NCBI RefSeq assembly: GCF_004010195.1
Contig: NC_057719.1
Coordinates: forward strand, 25,134,809-25,198,808
Reading direction: 5' to 3'
From: Chiloscyllium plagiosum
Taxonomy: Eukaryota
DNA length: 64,000 nucleotides
The notes beneath the pieces are model-generated. The model worked only from the letters and a program-made list of their open reading frames with translations. It was not told where the DNA came from and searched no databases. Of this stretch, positions 62,530 through 64,000 are shown one piece after another (position 1 is the stretch's first letter; every line of letters starts with the position of its first letter). Both the position numbers and the translations under genes were made by a program.

Positions 62530-63500
62530 TTGAACTTCTGGATAGATGCTTGCAAAAATGTTTCAAAGGTACATTAAAGGTCACAAAAGTTCAAACTTCT
62601 CAAACTGCTGAAAGACCAGATAGGTAAAAGAGAAGCAAAACCTCATGGGATGCAAGGGAAATTGGCAAGTTGGATACTGCATTGGCTCAGAGGCAAGATG
62701 TGAATGGTAATAATGGCTGTTGGGATTCTAATGCTTGGAAGGCAGTGGGCTTCTGTGGGGCTCTCTACCAGGCCCCTTGTATTTTATGTTCATTATGAAT
62801 TATTGATTGAAATTTAAATGTAGGGAGTGTGATTGAGAAGTTTGTGGGTGATACAAAAAGTGATCATGTGGTTAATAGCAAGAAAGAAAGCTGTAGACTG
62901 TAACATTATGATGGACTGTTCATGTGGGAAAAGGTTTGGCAAACTGTAGTTAAATCCAGAAAAGTAAAGTAACACACTAGCAAAGGACAAGCAAGGCAAA
63001 GGAATAGACAGTACCTGGCAGAGAACTGGAAAATACAGAGATCTTGGAATGCATGTCCATAGATCTGTGAAAATCGTTGGGTATGAGTATGAGAGATGAT
63101 GAGGGTTATTAGCTGAAGTATAGAATGAGAGAGCAGAGATGTTATGCTTGAACTGTCGTGAATACTATTTAGGCCACAGATGCATACTGCCATGATCACC
63201 ACATTGCTAGTGAATATGATTGCACTAGGAAAAATGAAACTTGCAAAGATGTTGCCAAGATAGGGGAATTCTAGCAATGAGGCAAGATAAAATACAGTTA
63301 GTTTGGAATTGTTACTTGACACAGCAGGGAGGAAAACTCTTTTTCATCCAAAAGGTGCAGGAAACTCACTGGTGACAGAAACCCTCAGACTTTTTTTAAA
63401 ACGTTCACGTCCTACAGATATGGATCAAGAGCTGAAAAAATGGGTTGGGCTGGATTGCTTATTCTCTTTGTGCTGTAAATTTCTGAGATTCTTTTCTATG
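62530..63500 (+). mobile_element. Highly decayed CR1 LINE RT-to-tail fragment
   Basis: KPHGMQGKLASWILHWLRG, KFVGDTK and downstream remnants. Confidence 0.6.
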
Positions 63501-64000
63501 ATTCTTAATAACATCATGAAGAACATGATTCCAAGCTTGTGATGTCATTTGTGCCTCATGCCCTTTGAACACCAAGAGGAACAGAGGTTTACAGGTCAGG
63601 TGGAAATGTGGCATTGAGGTTGAAGACAAGCCATGATCATCTTGAATTGCAGAACTGGCTCAAGGAGCTGTACTGCATGCCCTTCCTCTGAAGAAGAGCA
63701 GGAGAGAAATAAATGGCAAAGACCCACCATAGTGTCAACTGGCATATAGGTGGATGCATAGACTCTGAGAGTGAATTTATTTGGGTAAAGAAAGAATGAG
63801 ATAAGAAGGAAATAAAAAGTGGTTGTGTTCTTGTGTTTTTATTTTGGCTTCCTGTGGGTTAGGTTGCACAAAAGATGTCCTTCAGCCCATTGAGTCTGTC
63901 CCAACTTTCCTACATTACGTTGACTTTCCAGCACTTGGCCATATCCTTGAAAGTTATAAGATTTTTTTCATGTATTTTTTTTAAATGTTGAGGTTTCCCA

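Overview
Vertebrate genomic DNA, very probably from a shark (inference: HE1-like V-SINEs, Deu-domain SINEs, and abundant CR1/HER1-like LINE 3' tails). I could not support any host protein-coding exon, RNA gene or prokaryote-type system; the window reads as a large intron or intergenic region. A large share is decayed retroelements: more than 20 CR1 fragments (two long copies), Tx1-type LINE fragments, L2-like fragments, SINEs and many Penelope-like element (PLE) pieces with GIY-YIG remnants. The most striking structure is a recurrent set of 190-500 bp fold-back (inverted-repeat) PLE termini. Four of them have clean 11-16 bp target-site duplications and all have a one-sided ~35-40 nt tail. They carry minimal type I hammerhead ribozyme motifs from at least four sequence families, all degraded here, mostly at a CpG overlapping catalytic G12. 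Several micro-rearrangement scars are also visible (81-bp duplication, templated insertion, micro-inverted triplication). Boundaries of old repeats are approximate and read by eye.
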